A stretch of DNA of 54,324 nucleotides from Burkholderiales bacterium (lineage in GTDB: Bacteria; Pseudomonadota; Gammaproteobacteria; Burkholderiales; JACQAP01), in contig DASYUW010000013.1 of assembly GCA_036000845.1 (NCBI GenBank), positions 1 to 54,324 of the forward strand. Direction: 5' to 3'. Below are positions 1 through 8,476 of this stretch, one piece after another. The notes beneath the pieces were generated by a model. It did not search any database, was not told where the DNA came from, and worked only from the letters and a program-made list of their open reading frames with translations. Position 1 is the stretch's first letter, and the number at the start of each line of letters is the position of its first letter. The translations under genes and the position numbers were made by a program.

Positions 1-34
1 CCGGGCATTTCGACAACTAGCCAGGGAGAATCAA

Positions 35-304
35 ATGGTAGACAGCAAAAAGAGGCTCGCCGGCCTTGCGATTGCGGCGAGCGCGGCGGCATTATTCATG
101 ACAGGTTGTGCAGCACCGGGCGGAGGCACCCAAGGCACCGACTCCGGCTCGGTGATGGTCAAGTGTTATGGCTCAAATTCCTGTAAAGGCCAAAGCGAAT
201 GCAAGACGGCGATGAGCGCCTGCAAAGGCCAGAACTCTTGCAAGGGACAGGGCTTTAGCATGCTGACCGACAAGGCCTGCGTCGAAACGTTGGGACGTGG
301 TTAG
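35..304 (+). CDS. bufA: Cys-rich exported RiPP precursor candidate (bufferin-like), possibly a lipoprotein
   Basis: 89-aa ORF with gggaga just upstream of the ATG. The N-terminus has KKR plus a hydrophobic core ending L-F-M-T-G-C25 (lipobox-like). A G/S/T-rich linker follows, then a core with 6 Cys (KCYGSNSCKGQSECKTAMSACKGQNSCKGQGFSMLTDKAC). It lies directly upstream of the DUF692 and DUF2063 genes. Confidence 0.6.
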   Translation: MVDSKKRLAGLAIAASAAALFMTGCAAPGGGTQGTDSGSVMVKCYGSNSCKGQSECKTAMSACKGQNSCKGQGFSMLTDKACVETLGRG

Positions 305-316
305 GACGGCAGCATC

Positions 317-345
317 CGGCGCCCTGCGGCATCCGTGGGGCGCCG
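317..345 (+). promoter_or_regulatory. GC-rich intercistronic hairpin after the precursor gene
   Basis: cggcgccc (317-324) pairs perfectly with gggcgccg (338-345), giving a 13-nt loop. No U-tract follows, so this is not a canonical intrinsic terminator. It could be a transcript-stability or attenuation element. Confidence 0.3.
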
Positions 346-445
346 CGGCAGGCAGCAATGCTGGAAAGCCTCCAGGCCGGCGTAAGCTAACAGTTTTCGA
401 GAGCGACCGATCCTTCTGCCCTCCAAACTCATCGTCGATTCTGCC

Positions 446-1285
446 ATGACAACGACGCCGAAACTCGGATTCGGGCTGGGATTGAGGACCGATCATTACG
501 AGGAGATCCTCGCCTCCCGTCCCAACGTGGACTGGTTCGAGGCGCTCACGGAAAATTATCTGGTGCCGGGCGGCAAGCCGCTGCATTACCTGGACCGCAT
601 CCGCGCCGAATTCCCCATGGTCCTGCACGGGGTGTCGCTGTCGATCGGCAGCAGTGAAGCGCTGGACCGCGAATACCTCGAGGCACTCAAACAACTCGCG
701 CAGCGCGTCGAGCCTGCCTGGGTGTCCGATCATCTGTGCTGGACCGGCGTTGCCGGCAGGAATTTGCACGACCTGTTCCCGCTGCCCTACACCGAGGAAG
801 CTGTCGAGCACGTCGCCGCAAGGGTGCGTGAGGTCCAGGATTTCCTGGGACGGCAGATCCTCCTCGAAAACGTGTCCACCTACGTGACCTTCCGCCAGTC
901 GGAGATGAGCGAGTGGGAGTTTCTTTCGGAGATCTGCGCGTGCGCCGATTGCCTGATCCTGCTCGACATCAACAACATCTACGTCAGCGCCTACAACCAC
1001 GGCTTCGATGCGCATGATTTTCTGAACGGCGTGCCGGCTGCGCGGGTGCGGCAGTTCCATCTTGCCGGCCACAGCAATTGCGGTACCCATATCATCGATA
1101 CCCACGACGCGCCGATCATCGACCCGGTATGGGAGCTTTACCAGGCGGCGCTGCGACGCTTCGGGCAGGTCGCCACCATGATCGAGCGCGACGACCACAT
1201 TCCGCCGCTGGCGGAACTGGTAACGGAACTGGATCAGGCGCGCCGGGTCGCGGCGCAGACACTGGCGGCGAGGGTTGCGGCATGA
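446..1285 (+). CDS. bufB: DUF692/UPF0276 family multinuclear non-heme iron oxidative enzyme (MNIO)
   Basis: 279 aa with blocks [56 protein letters not shown] and HLAGH. These match my recollection of the DUF692 family. Confidence 0.85.
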   Translation: MTTTPKLGFGLGLRTDHYEEILASRPNVDWFEALTENYLVPGGKPLHYLDRIRAEFPMVLHGVSLSIGSSEALDREYLEALKQLAQRVEPAWVSDHLCWTGVAGRNLHDLFPLPYTEEAVEHVAARVREVQDFLGRQILLENVSTYVTFRQSEMSEWEFLSEICACADCLILLDINNIYVSAYNHGFDAHDFLNGVPAARVRQFHLAGHSNCGTHIIDTHDAPIIDPVWELYQAALRRFGQVATMIERDDHIPPLAELVTELDQARRVAAQTLAARVAA

Positions 1286-2064
1286 GTGCGCTCACCGGCA
1301 CCCAGGCACGCTTCCAGGCCTATGTACTCGCGGGCGATGGCGCGATTGTCAGCGAGATTGCCGGTGCGGAGGACGCATTCCGCCGCACCCGGCTCGACAT
1401 CTATTACAACGCCTACCGGCTGCGGCTCGCGGAAGCCCTGGCGACCGATTACGAAATCCTCAAGGCCTACGTTGGCGACGAGATCTTTGACGCGTTAGTC
1501 CGCGATTACATCGAAACGCATCCCTCGGCATTTCGCAACGTGCGCTGGTTCGGCGGACATCTTGCCGATTTCCTGCGCGACGCGCCGCGTTATGCCGGGC
1601 AGCCGATACTGGCCGACCTGGCGCGGTTCGAGTGGACGCTGGGGCTGGCTTTCGATGCGGCGGACACGGCCGCGCTGCGGTTCGAGGACATTGCCGCAGT
1701 ACCGCCCGAAGCCTGGGCCGGGCTGCGCCTCACCCCGCATCCGGCGCTTCACGTCGTCGATCTACGCACCAATGCCGTCGCGGTCTGGAACGAACTCAAG
1801 AATGCGGACCACGGCATCGCGCCGGAGAGCCTGCCCGAGCCGTTGCTATGGGCCATCTGGCGCAAGCAGCTCTCGCCCTACTTCCGCTCGCTCGAAGCCG
1901 ACGAAGCCTGGGCGCTGGATGCCATGCGCAATCACCTCAGTTTCGGCGAAATCTGCGCTGGGCTGTGCCAGTGGCTGCCCGAAGAGAGCGCCGCGCCGCG
2001 CGCGGCCGCGCTGCTGCGCGGCTGGGTGGACGAAGGCTGGATCACATCTCTCGAAACGACCTAA
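1282..2064 (+). CDS. bufC: DUF2063 family partner protein of the DUF692 enzyme
   Basis: The ATG at 1282 overlaps the bufB stop (ATGA, 1282-1285). The 260-aa product has [13 protein letters not shown] and [15 protein letters not shown] blocks typical of DUF2063. The longer 1078 start in the ORF track lies inside bufB and is not used. Confidence 0.75.
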   Translation: MSALTGTQARFQAYVLAGDGAIVSEIAGAEDAFRRTRLDIYYNAYRLRLAEALATDYEILKAYVGDEIFDALVRDYIETHPSAFRNVRWFGGHLADFLRDAPRYAGQPILADLARFEWTLGLAFDAADTAALRFEDIAAVPPEAWAGLRLTPHPALHVVDLRTNAVAVWNELKNADHGIAPESLPEPLLWAIWRKQLSPYFRSLEADEAWALDAMRNHLSFGEICAGLCQWLPEESAAPRAAALLRGWVDEGWITSLETT

Positions 2065-2122
2065 CAGGTTGCTGAAATTGCCGGAGAACACCGAGAGTAC
2101 AGAGAGAAAAACGGAAACATGA

Positions 2123-2213
2123 ACCACCAAGGCACCAAGACACCAAGGAACGCAACTGGGAACTTGGAAACACTGTCAGGATTTCTTGGTGCCTTTGTGT
2201 CTTGGTGGTGAGA
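2123..2213. repeat. Inverted low-complexity array (CACCAAGR units / CTTGGTG units)
   Basis: accaccaaggcaccaagacaccaaggaa (2123-2150) faces ttcttggtgcctttgtgtcttggtggtgag (2184-2213). The outer 9 nt pair perfectly and the inner parts pair imperfectly. It lies between bufC and the protease gene. Confidence 0.5.
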
Positions 2214-2235
2214 ACCGGTTCGGCCTGCACTACAA

Positions 2236-4803
2236 TTGGGACCGCAATTCGCTTCAGTGCGCCGTGGAGGTGACGTGGCCATCCTCAGACTATTCATCCT
2301 TGTAACCGTTTGCATTGTGGCGCTGGTGTGCCGATCGGCGTTGGGCATGACTTCGACCATGGTCGCATCCTGCCCCGCAGGAATGGACCAGAAGGTCGAA
2401 ACGCTCACCGGAATGTTCAACGTGCACGTGATCTGCGACCACGTGCTGTTCGAGATTCCGAAGCCGATGCTGAACCGGGACATGCTGGTGAATACCGAGT
2501 TCGCCGCGCTCTCGACCGGGAGCGATTTCGTCGCCCCGGGCTCCGTCGTGGACAACCGGGTGGTGCGCTGGGTCCGGCGCGGCAACAAGATTCATCTCGA
2601 GGACGTGCGTTACGAAATCTGGGCGCCGAATATGCCCAACCTGCAGCGCGGCGTGGAATCGGCGTCGCTGCGCACCGTAATCCGGGCGTTCGACATCATC
2701 ACCGAAGGCCCGGACGGCGCCCCGGTCATCGACATTACCGGACTGTTCGTCACCGAGGTGCCGGAAGGCTTCGCGTTGGAATTCATGCAGCACTACAGCA
2801 TGGATCACGTGGACCCGAAGCGCTCCTTCATCGAAACCGTCAAGGCGTTTCCGCACAACGTCGACATCCGCTTCTACCAGACGTGGGTCCCCGATCGCAG
2901 CCGGTTGCGCAAGTCGGTGGAGTACGACGAGGAGCGCATAGCGCCGGGGCTGGGCTTCATTTTCCACACCAGCCTTCTGCTATTGCCCGAGGTGCCGATG
3001 CGGGGACGCTACTTCGACGATCGGGTCGGCTACTTCGCCACGCCGTTCGACGACTACGGCACCGAGGAGCATGGCCGGGTGCGGCGCGCCTTCATCCAGC
3101 GCTACCGCCTGGAGAAAAAGGATCCGCAGGCCGAAGTATCCGAACCGGTCAAGCCGATCACGTTTTACCTGAGCCGCGAAGTTCCCGACAAATGGCGCCC
3201 GTTCATCAAGCGCGGGATCGAGGACTGGCAGCAGGTATTCGAGAAAGCCGGCTTCCGCAATGCCATCGTGGCCCGCGACGCGCCGTCGGAACAACAGGAC
3301 CCGAACTGGAATCCCGAGGACGTGCGCTACAACGTGATCCGCTGGACGCCCAGCGGGCGCCAGAACGCGATGGGACCGGCGGTGGTCGACCCGCGCAGCG
3401 GCGAGGTGATTTCCTCGCACGCGATCTTCTGGCACAACGTGCTGCGCCTGGCCGAGAACTGGTTCTTCACCCAGGTCTCGCCGCTGAATCCGAGCGCGCA
3501 GAAGCTGCCTCTGCCGGACGATGTCGTCGGCGACATGCTGCGCTACATCGTCGCGCACGAAATCGGCCACGCGCTGGGGCTGCGCCACAATTTCAAGGGG
3601 CATTCGGCCTATTCGGTGGCACAGTTGCGCAGCCGCGAATGGACCGAGGAATGGGGCACCTCCGCTTCGATCATGGACTATGCGCGGCTGAATTATGTCG
3701 CCCAGCCCGGAGACGGAGCCTACCTGCTGCCCAAATTCGGCCATTACGACTACTTCGCGATCGACTGGGGCTACCGCCAGTTTTCCGCCGCAATGAGCTT
3801 CGACGATGAGTGGCCGATGCTGGACAAGCTCGCGGCGAAGCAGGTCGACGACCCGATGCTGCGCTTCGGCGGCGAAGACGAGGCGGCAACGCTGGATCCC
3901 AAGGTGAACACCAACGTGGTCGGCGGGGACCCGGTCGAGGCCGCCGACATGGGTTTGCGCAATATCGACCGGGTGATGCCTTTGCTGATCCCGGGTACGA
4001 CCCGCAAGGGCGGGGACTACGGACGCTTGCGCGAGATGTACGCGACGTTGATCATGCAGCGTCATCGCGAGCTTGCCGCGGTGGCCAAGGTCGTCGGCGG
4101 CGTCGAGGAAACGCGTTACCAGGCCGGACGCGGGTCGGCGCCGTTCAAACCGACGCCGCCTGCGCGCCAGCGTGCCGCGGTCAAGTTCCTGGTGGATCGC
4201 GCGTTCTCAACGCCGCGCGCCCTGCTGGATCCGGAAGTACTAATGCGAGTGTCCCCGACTGGTGGCGCCGACGCGCTGCAGGGGTCCAACGTGCAGTTGC
4301 TGCGGCAATTACTCGACGGAGCCGTATTCCAGAGGATGGCGGAAGCCAAAATGCTGGATACCGGCGGTAAAGGCTATGTCGGCATCGACCTTCTTTACGA
4401 CCTCAACGACGGCCTGTTCCGCGAGCTAGCGGCGCCGAAACCTTCAATCGAGCTGTACCGGCGCGAGTTGCAGCGCAATTACGTGACGTTGTTGCTGGTG
4501 GCCACAGGCGTAACGAACGATCCGGATTCGGGATCCAACGCGATCGCGTCCCGCGACGTGGATTCCGGCTCGCTGCTCGCCGGCCACACCCAGTGGTCGA
4601 GCCGCAGCCTGTCTTCGCCGCTTGCCGACGTAGCGCGCCAGTATCGCCTCGATCGTTCGAGCCCAAGCGAATTCCGCTCGGCCCTGCGTACCGGCGTCGC
4701 GCACCTGTACGCCAAGATCGACGAGGCGCTCAAGCGCATCAAGGACCCCGAGACCGCGTCGCATCTTCGCGACATCCGTTCGCAATTGGGGCAGGTGCCC
4801 TAG
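2236..4803 (+). CDS. Secreted zinc-dependent metalloprotease (HExxHxxGxxH type, large multi-domain)
   Basis: 855 aa with a TTG start and a hydrophobic N-terminal signal-like segment. It has HEIGHALGLRHNF followed by SIMDY, as in the large bacterial zinc-metalloprotease family that carries DUF5117/DUF4953-type domains (from memory). The exact start is uncertain. Confidence 0.8.
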   Translation: MGPQFASVRRGGDVAILRLFILVTVCIVALVCRSALGMTSTMVASCPAGMDQKVETLTGMFNVHVICDHVLFEIPKPMLNRDMLVNTEFAALSTGSDFVAPGSVVDNRVVRWVRRGNKIHLEDVRYEIWAPNMPNLQRGVESASLRTVIRAFDIITEGPDGAPVIDITGLFVTEVPEGFALEFMQHYSMDHVDPKRSFIETVKAFPHNVDIRFYQTWVPDRSRLRKSVEYDEERIAPGLGFIFHTSLLLLPEVPMRGRYFDDRVGYFATPFDDYGTEEHGRVRRAFIQRYRLEKKDPQAEVSEPVKPITFYLSREVPDKWRPFIKRGIEDWQQVFEKAGFRNAIVARDAPSEQQDPNWNPEDVRYNVIRWTPSGRQNAMGPAVVDPRSGEVISSHAIFWHNVLRLAENWFFTQVSPLNPSAQKLPLPDDVVGDMLRYIVAHEIGHALGLRHNFKGHSAYSVAQLRSREWTEEWGTSASIMDYARLNYVAQPGDGAYLLPKFGHYDYFAIDWGYRQFSAAMSFDDEWPMLDKLAAKQVDDPMLRFGGEDEAATLDPKVNTNVVGGDPVEAADMGLRNIDRVMPLLIPGTTRKGGDYGRLREMYATLIMQRHRELAAVAKVVGGVEETRYQAGRGSAPFKPTPPARQRAAVKFLVDRAFSTPRALLDPEVLMRVSPTGGADALQGSNVQLLRQLLDGAVFQRMAEAKMLDTGGKGYVGIDLLYDLNDGLFRELAAPKPSIELYRRELQRNYVTLLLVATGVTNDPDSGSNAIASRDVDSGSLLAGHTQWSSRSLSSPLADVARQYRLDRSSPSEFRSALRTGVAHLYAKIDEALKRIKDPETASHLRDIRSQLGQVP

Positions 4804-4810
4804 CTGGCTT

Positions 4811-5053
4811 CAAAGTCCAGCTCTCACCACGGAGGACACGTCGGAAAGGACTAATGCAAGACCAACTCTCACCACGGAGGACACGGAGGACGCGGAGGAA
4901 AGGCAAGAGCAAAAACGTTCGAAAGTTGGAACTCCTAATTGGCGAACGATCCGCCAAAGTTGGAATAGGCGGCTGAGGATCACGAACACTCACCCCGCTT
5001 CTATCACCAATTTACTTTTCCTCGTTTTTGTTTTTCCTCCGCGTCCTCCGTGT
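4811..5053. repeat. MITE/REP-like element with CACGGAGGA-type arms
   Basis: A perfect 20-nt inverted repeat: 4881-4900 acacggaggacgcggaggaa versus 5034-5053 ttcctccgcgtcctccgtgt. The left side also holds two copies of ctctcaccacggaggacacg. The core resembles the element at 7987-8190. Confidence 0.7.
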
Positions 5054-5088
5054 TAAGTGCTGGTTTTTGCCTTATGCGGCCGCCGCGA

Positions 5089-5568
5089 TCAATGGTGGCC
5101 GTCGTGGTCGTCTGCACGCACGATCGCGGTCACCGCAATTTTGTGCACGCGCTTGCCGGCATCTTCGATCACCAGCGTGAGCGGCACCTTCTCCCCGGCA
5201 ACCAGCGGCTTCTTCAGATCGAACAGCATCACGTGGTAGCCACCGGGCTCCAGTTTCACCGGCCTGCCCGCGGGCAGATCGAGCGTTTCGACCGCGCGCA
5301 TCTTCATGATGCCGCCGTCCATCGTCATCGAGTGCACTTCTGCGGCATCCGCGACCGGGCTGGCCACCCCGGTAAGCCGTGCGTCGCGCGAGCTGACGAT
5401 CTCCATGTAAACCCCTCCAACCTTCTGACCTGGCACCGTAGCCCGGGCCCAGGGGTCGATCACGCGGATCGCGTCCGCCGCCGGCGCCGCCGACGGAACC
5501 AGGAACGCGGCAGTCAAAGACACGCGCACCACGGCGCGAAGGAGGCCAGTTCTGTATCGAATGGTCAT
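5089..5568 (-). CDS. Periplasmic copper chaperone PCu(A)C (DUF461)
   Basis: 159 aa from the internal ATG at 5568 (MTIRYRTGLL... signal peptide). It has WARATVPGQKVGGVYMEI, EVHSMTMDGGIMKMR and GGYHVMLFDL, the His/Met-rich Cu(I) motif pattern of PCuAC proteins. Confidence 0.8.
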   Translation of the reverse strand: MTIRYRTGLLRAVVRVSLTAAFLVPSAAPAADAIRVIDPWARATVPGQKVGGVYMEIVSSRDARLTGVASPVADAAEVHSMTMDGGIMKMRAVETLDLPAGRPVKLEPGGYHVMLFDLKKPLVAGEKVPLTLVIEDAGKRVHKIAVTAIVRADDHDGHH

Positions 5569-5666
5569 GTGGCTGCAAACTGAGATCGCGAACGGCGCGC
5601 ATTGTTCCAGACGGCACGGCACCGCGCAACTTGTGGAACGTGATATATAATCCGTTTCGCTTCAGC

Positions 5667-6806
5667 ATGATGAGAATTCTCGCCGCGTTATTCGTCTGGT
5701 TCGGCAGCACCCTGGCTTTTGCCCAGGCTCCGTTGAACGGCGCAGTCGCGCTCGGACCCCTCGCCTCCAAGTCGTATCTGCTGGTGGACCTGCTCAGCCA
5801 GCAGGTCCTGGCCGCAAAGAATCCCGACGAGCGCGTCGAACCGGCGTCGCTCACCAAGCTGATGACCGCTTACGTGGTATTCGACGCTTTGCGCCAGAAA
5901 CGCGTCACGCTGACACAGCCGGTGACGATCTCGGAGAAGGCCTGGCGCGCTCCCGGCTCGCGCATGTTCCTGGAGCCGGGCAAGGCCGTCGCGATCGAGG
6001 ATCTGCTGCACGGCATGATCGTGCAGTCGGGCAACGACGCTTCCATCGCGCTGGCAGAAGGCGTTGCAGGAGCCGAAGAGGCCTTTGTCGAGCAGATGAA
6101 TCGCGAGGCGGCGCGCCTCGAACTAAGAAACTCGAACTTCGTCAACGCGACCGGGCTGCCGCACTCGCAGCAGTACTCCTCCGCCGCCGACCTGACGCTG
6201 TTGTCGGCGGCGATTATCCGCGAGTTTCCGCAGTATTTTCAGATGTACCGGTTGCGCGAATTCCGCTACAACAACATCACCCAGTACAACCGCAACCGCC
6301 TGCTCGGGCGCGACCCCTACGTGGACGGGCTCAAGACCGGCTATACCGAGAGCGCCGGCTTCTGCATGATCGCCACCGCACAGCGCAACGGCCGGCGCCT
6401 GATCGCCGTGGTGATCGACGCCGGCTCGGAAGGCGGCCGCGCCGCGGAAGCGCAGAGACTGCTCAACTACGGATTCGAGGCCTTCGACACCGTGCAGCTC
6501 TACGCCGGGGGGCAGCCGGTGCACCAGTTGCCGGTATGGAAAGGCAACAGTGAACAATTGCAGGCGGGATTCAACGACGATTATTACGTCACCGTTCCGA
6601 AGGGGTTTGGCGACCGCCTCAAGGCCCGGCTGGAGAGCATGCAACCGCTGATCGCGCCGATCCGCGCGGGGGATAGAGTCGGAACGCTCCGCCTGACATT
6701 CGACGGCCAGCCCTTCGGTGAGCGCAGTGTCGTCGCCCTGCAGACCGTCGGCATCGCCAACCTGTTCGTGCGCGGGTGGCACAGCCTGCGGCTGCTGTTC
6801 CAGTAA
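5667..6806 (+). CDS. dacA: D-alanyl-D-alanine carboxypeptidase (class C low-MW PBP)
   Basis: Signal peptide MMRILAALFVWFGSTLAFA. It carries SxxK (SLTK), SGN (QSGNDAS) and KTG (LKTGYT) motifs. Synteny with ybeD-lipB-lipA matches enterobacterial dacA. The start is taken at ATG 5667 rather than TTG 5631. Confidence 0.85.
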   Translation: MMRILAALFVWFGSTLAFAQAPLNGAVALGPLASKSYLLVDLLSQQVLAAKNPDERVEPASLTKLMTAYVVFDALRQKRVTLTQPVTISEKAWRAPGSRMFLEPGKAVAIEDLLHGMIVQSGNDASIALAEGVAGAEEAFVEQMNREAARLELRNSNFVNATGLPHSQQYSSAADLTLLSAAIIREFPQYFQMYRLREFRYNNITQYNRNRLLGRDPYVDGLKTGYTESAGFCMIATAQRNGRRLIAVVIDAGSEGGRAAEAQRLLNYGFEAFDTVQLYAGGQPVHQLPVWKGNSEQLQAGFNDDYYVTVPKGFGDRLKARLESMQPLIAPIRAGDRVGTLRLTFDGQPFGERSVVALQTVGIANLFVRGWHSLRLLFQ

Positions 6807-6814
6807 GAACCGGC

Positions 6815-7095
6815 GATTTAGCGATTAAGTGATTAAGTGATTGAAAACCCGATTACTCAATAGCCAAATCACTCAATCACTGAAACACCCCAATAACTTA
6901 ATCCCCCAATCACTTATTGAGTTTTACGTAACCGCGCGACAAGATGGTATAGGTCCGATAGTTCCCCTCACCCTGTACTCCCTCTCCCGGAGGGAGAGGG
7001 ACAACATCACCCTTCTCCCTCCGGGAGAAGGGCCGGGGATGAGGGAGGTATTGTCACGACGTTACGTAATTCTCAATAATCACTTAATCACCGAT
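6815..7095. repeat. Composite nested repeat: GATTAAGT/AATCACTN arrays, a 16-nt IR, and two GC-rich hairpins
   Basis: Period-8 units GATTTAGC/GATTAAGT x2 (6815-6838) and AATCACTC/AATCACTG (6868-6883). An IR pairs ttgagttttacgtaac (about 6917-6932) with gttacgtaattctcaa (7061-7076). Hairpins: ccctctccc-gga-gggagaggg (6980-7000) and cccttctccc-tcc-gggagaaggg (7010-7032). Confidence 0.75.
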
Positions 7096-7100
7096 CTTCA

Positions 7101-7955
7101 ATGATTTACCTCAACGGCGAATTCATGCCGATGGAACAGGCCAGGATCCCGGTACTCGATCGCGGCTTCATCTTCGGCGACGGTGTGTACGAAGTGATCC
7201 CGGTGTACTCGCGGCATCCGTTCCGGCTCGCCGAGCACCTGCTGCGATTGCGGGCCAGCCTCGACGGCATCCGGCTCGCCAATCCCCATGACGACGCCGA
7301 ATGGACGCGGCTGGTGCGCCGCCTTATCGAACTGAACGAGCCCGAGGATCAGTCGCTGTACCTGCACGTCACCCGCGGCGTGGCGAAGCGCGATCACGCC
7401 TTCCCCAAAGGCGTGGCGCCGACCGTGTTCATGATGAGCAATGCGCTTTCCACGCCGCCACGCGAGCAGGTGGAAAAGGGCGTGGGAGCGATCACGACCG
7501 CCGACAACCGCTGGCTGCGCTGCGACATCAAGGCGATCGCGCTGCTGCCCAACGTGCTGTTGCGGCAATTGGCGGTGGATGCCGGTTGCGTCGAAGCCGT
7601 ACTGTTGCGCGACGGCATCATGACCGAAGGCGCAGCCAGCAATATTTTCGTGGTCACGGACGGCGTTCTGTTGGCGCCGCCGAAAGGCAATTTGATGCTG
7701 CCCGGCATCACTTACGACGTGGTGCTGGAACTGGCGCAGGCCGACGGCATCAAACACGAAGTCCGTCCGGTTCCCGAATCCGAGCTGCGCGGCGCTGACG
7801 AGGCGTGGCTCACCTCTTCCACCAAGGAAGTGCTGGCGATCGTCAGGCTGGACGGCAAGGCGGTCGGCGACGGCGTACCCGGGCCGGTATTCAGGCGCAT
7901 GTACACGCTGTACCAGGAGTACAAGGAGCGCGTGATGCGTGCCCCCGGAAATTGA
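7101..7955 (+). CDS. dat: D-amino-acid (class IV) aminotransferase
   Basis: 284 aa. The N-terminus YLNGEFMPMEQARIPVLDRGFIFGDGVYEVIPVY is typical of fold-type IV aminotransferases. The position between dacA and ybeD matches the beta-proteobacterial dat arrangement as I recall it. Confidence 0.75.
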   Translation: MIYLNGEFMPMEQARIPVLDRGFIFGDGVYEVIPVYSRHPFRLAEHLLRLRASLDGIRLANPHDDAEWTRLVRRLIELNEPEDQSLYLHVTRGVAKRDHAFPKGVAPTVFMMSNALSTPPREQVEKGVGAITTADNRWLRCDIKAIALLPNVLLRQLAVDAGCVEAVLLRDGIMTEGAASNIFVVTDGVLLAPPKGNLMLPGITYDVVLELAQADGIKHEVRPVPESELRGADEAWLTSSTKEVLAIVRLDGKAVGDGVPGPVFRRMYTLYQEYKERVMRAPGN

Positions 7956-7986
7956 CTCCGAAAACCTTGAATCTTAATCACACAGA

Positions 7987-8190
7987 CAAAGTCCAACTCT
8001 CACCACGGAGGACACGGAGAACACGGAGGGAGACCAAAAAAAGAAAACTGGGGGATAAAAGCAATGTGACTGTAGGTGATTGTCTGCCGCCAATTTCGAC
8101 TTGGTTGGAACCTCTGCCAACTGAGGTTTTCTATCAATTACTTGTCTTCTCCTTGGCCTTCCTCCGTGTCCTCCGTGTCCTCCGTGGTGA
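7987..8190. repeat. Second copy of the MITE/REP-like CACGGAGGA element
   Basis: The left arm caccacggaggacacggagaacacggagg (8001-8029) matches the reverse complement of cctccgtgtcctccgtgtcctccgtggtg (8161-8189) at 28 of 29 positions. The internal core shares segments with the 4811-5053 copy, for example ttctatca..ttactt. Confidence 0.7.
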
Positions 8191-8208
8191 AATGCTCTGG
8201 ATAGCTTG

Positions 8209-8472
8209 ATGGAAAACGCCTCCCTCATCGAGTACCCGACCGACTTCCCGATCAAGGTCATGGGCAGGCGCGAGCCGCGGCTGGTGCAGACCATTCTCGA
8301 GATCGTGCGGCGCCACGCGCCGGACTTCGATCCGGCGACCGTGGAAATGCGCACCAGCAAGAAGAACAGCTACCTCAGCGTCACCTGCACAGTGCGCGCC
8401 ACCTCGCGCGAGCAGCTCGACGCGCTGTACCGGGAGCTGTGCGATCATCCGATGGTGGTGATGGTGCTCTAA
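8209..8472 (+). CDS. ybeD: YbeD/DUF493 family protein
   Basis: 87 aa. IEYPTDFPIKVMG and the small size are characteristic of DUF493, and it lies immediately upstream of lipB as in many Proteobacteria. Confidence 0.8.
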   Translation: MENASLIEYPTDFPIKVMGRREPRLVQTILEIVRRHAPDFDPATVEMRTSKKNSYLSVTCTVRATSREQLDALYRELCDHPMVVMVL

Positions 8473-8476
8473 CTGC

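Noticed and set aside
173-1198. 341-aa minus-strand ORF overlapping the precursor and DUF692 genes
   Set aside because: It lies antisense to a gene with clear family motifs. It has no recognisable motifs and an Arg/Ala/Gly-rich composition typical of shadow ORFs in high-GC DNA.
2310-3809. 499-aa plus-strand ORF in an alternative frame of the metalloprotease gene
   Set aside because: The product is extremely Arg/Gly/Pro/Ala-rich. The overlapping frame carries the HExxH protease signature, so this is a high-GC frame artefact.
5644-5651. Extended -10-like promoter (TGATATATAAT) upstream of dacA
   Set aside because: It lies only about 16 nt from the preferred ATG and inside the alternative TTG-initiated ORF. 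There is no -35 at proper spacing, so it is too ambiguous to list as a feature.
6841-7104. 87-aa ORF inside the dacA-dat spacer (and similar ORFs at 4593-4976, 7805-8209, 7974-8360)
   Set aside because: They are translated entirely from the repeat arrays and hairpin elements. The peptide repeats (SPRRTRRTRR, LPPGEGPGMRE) are by-products of the DNA repeats.
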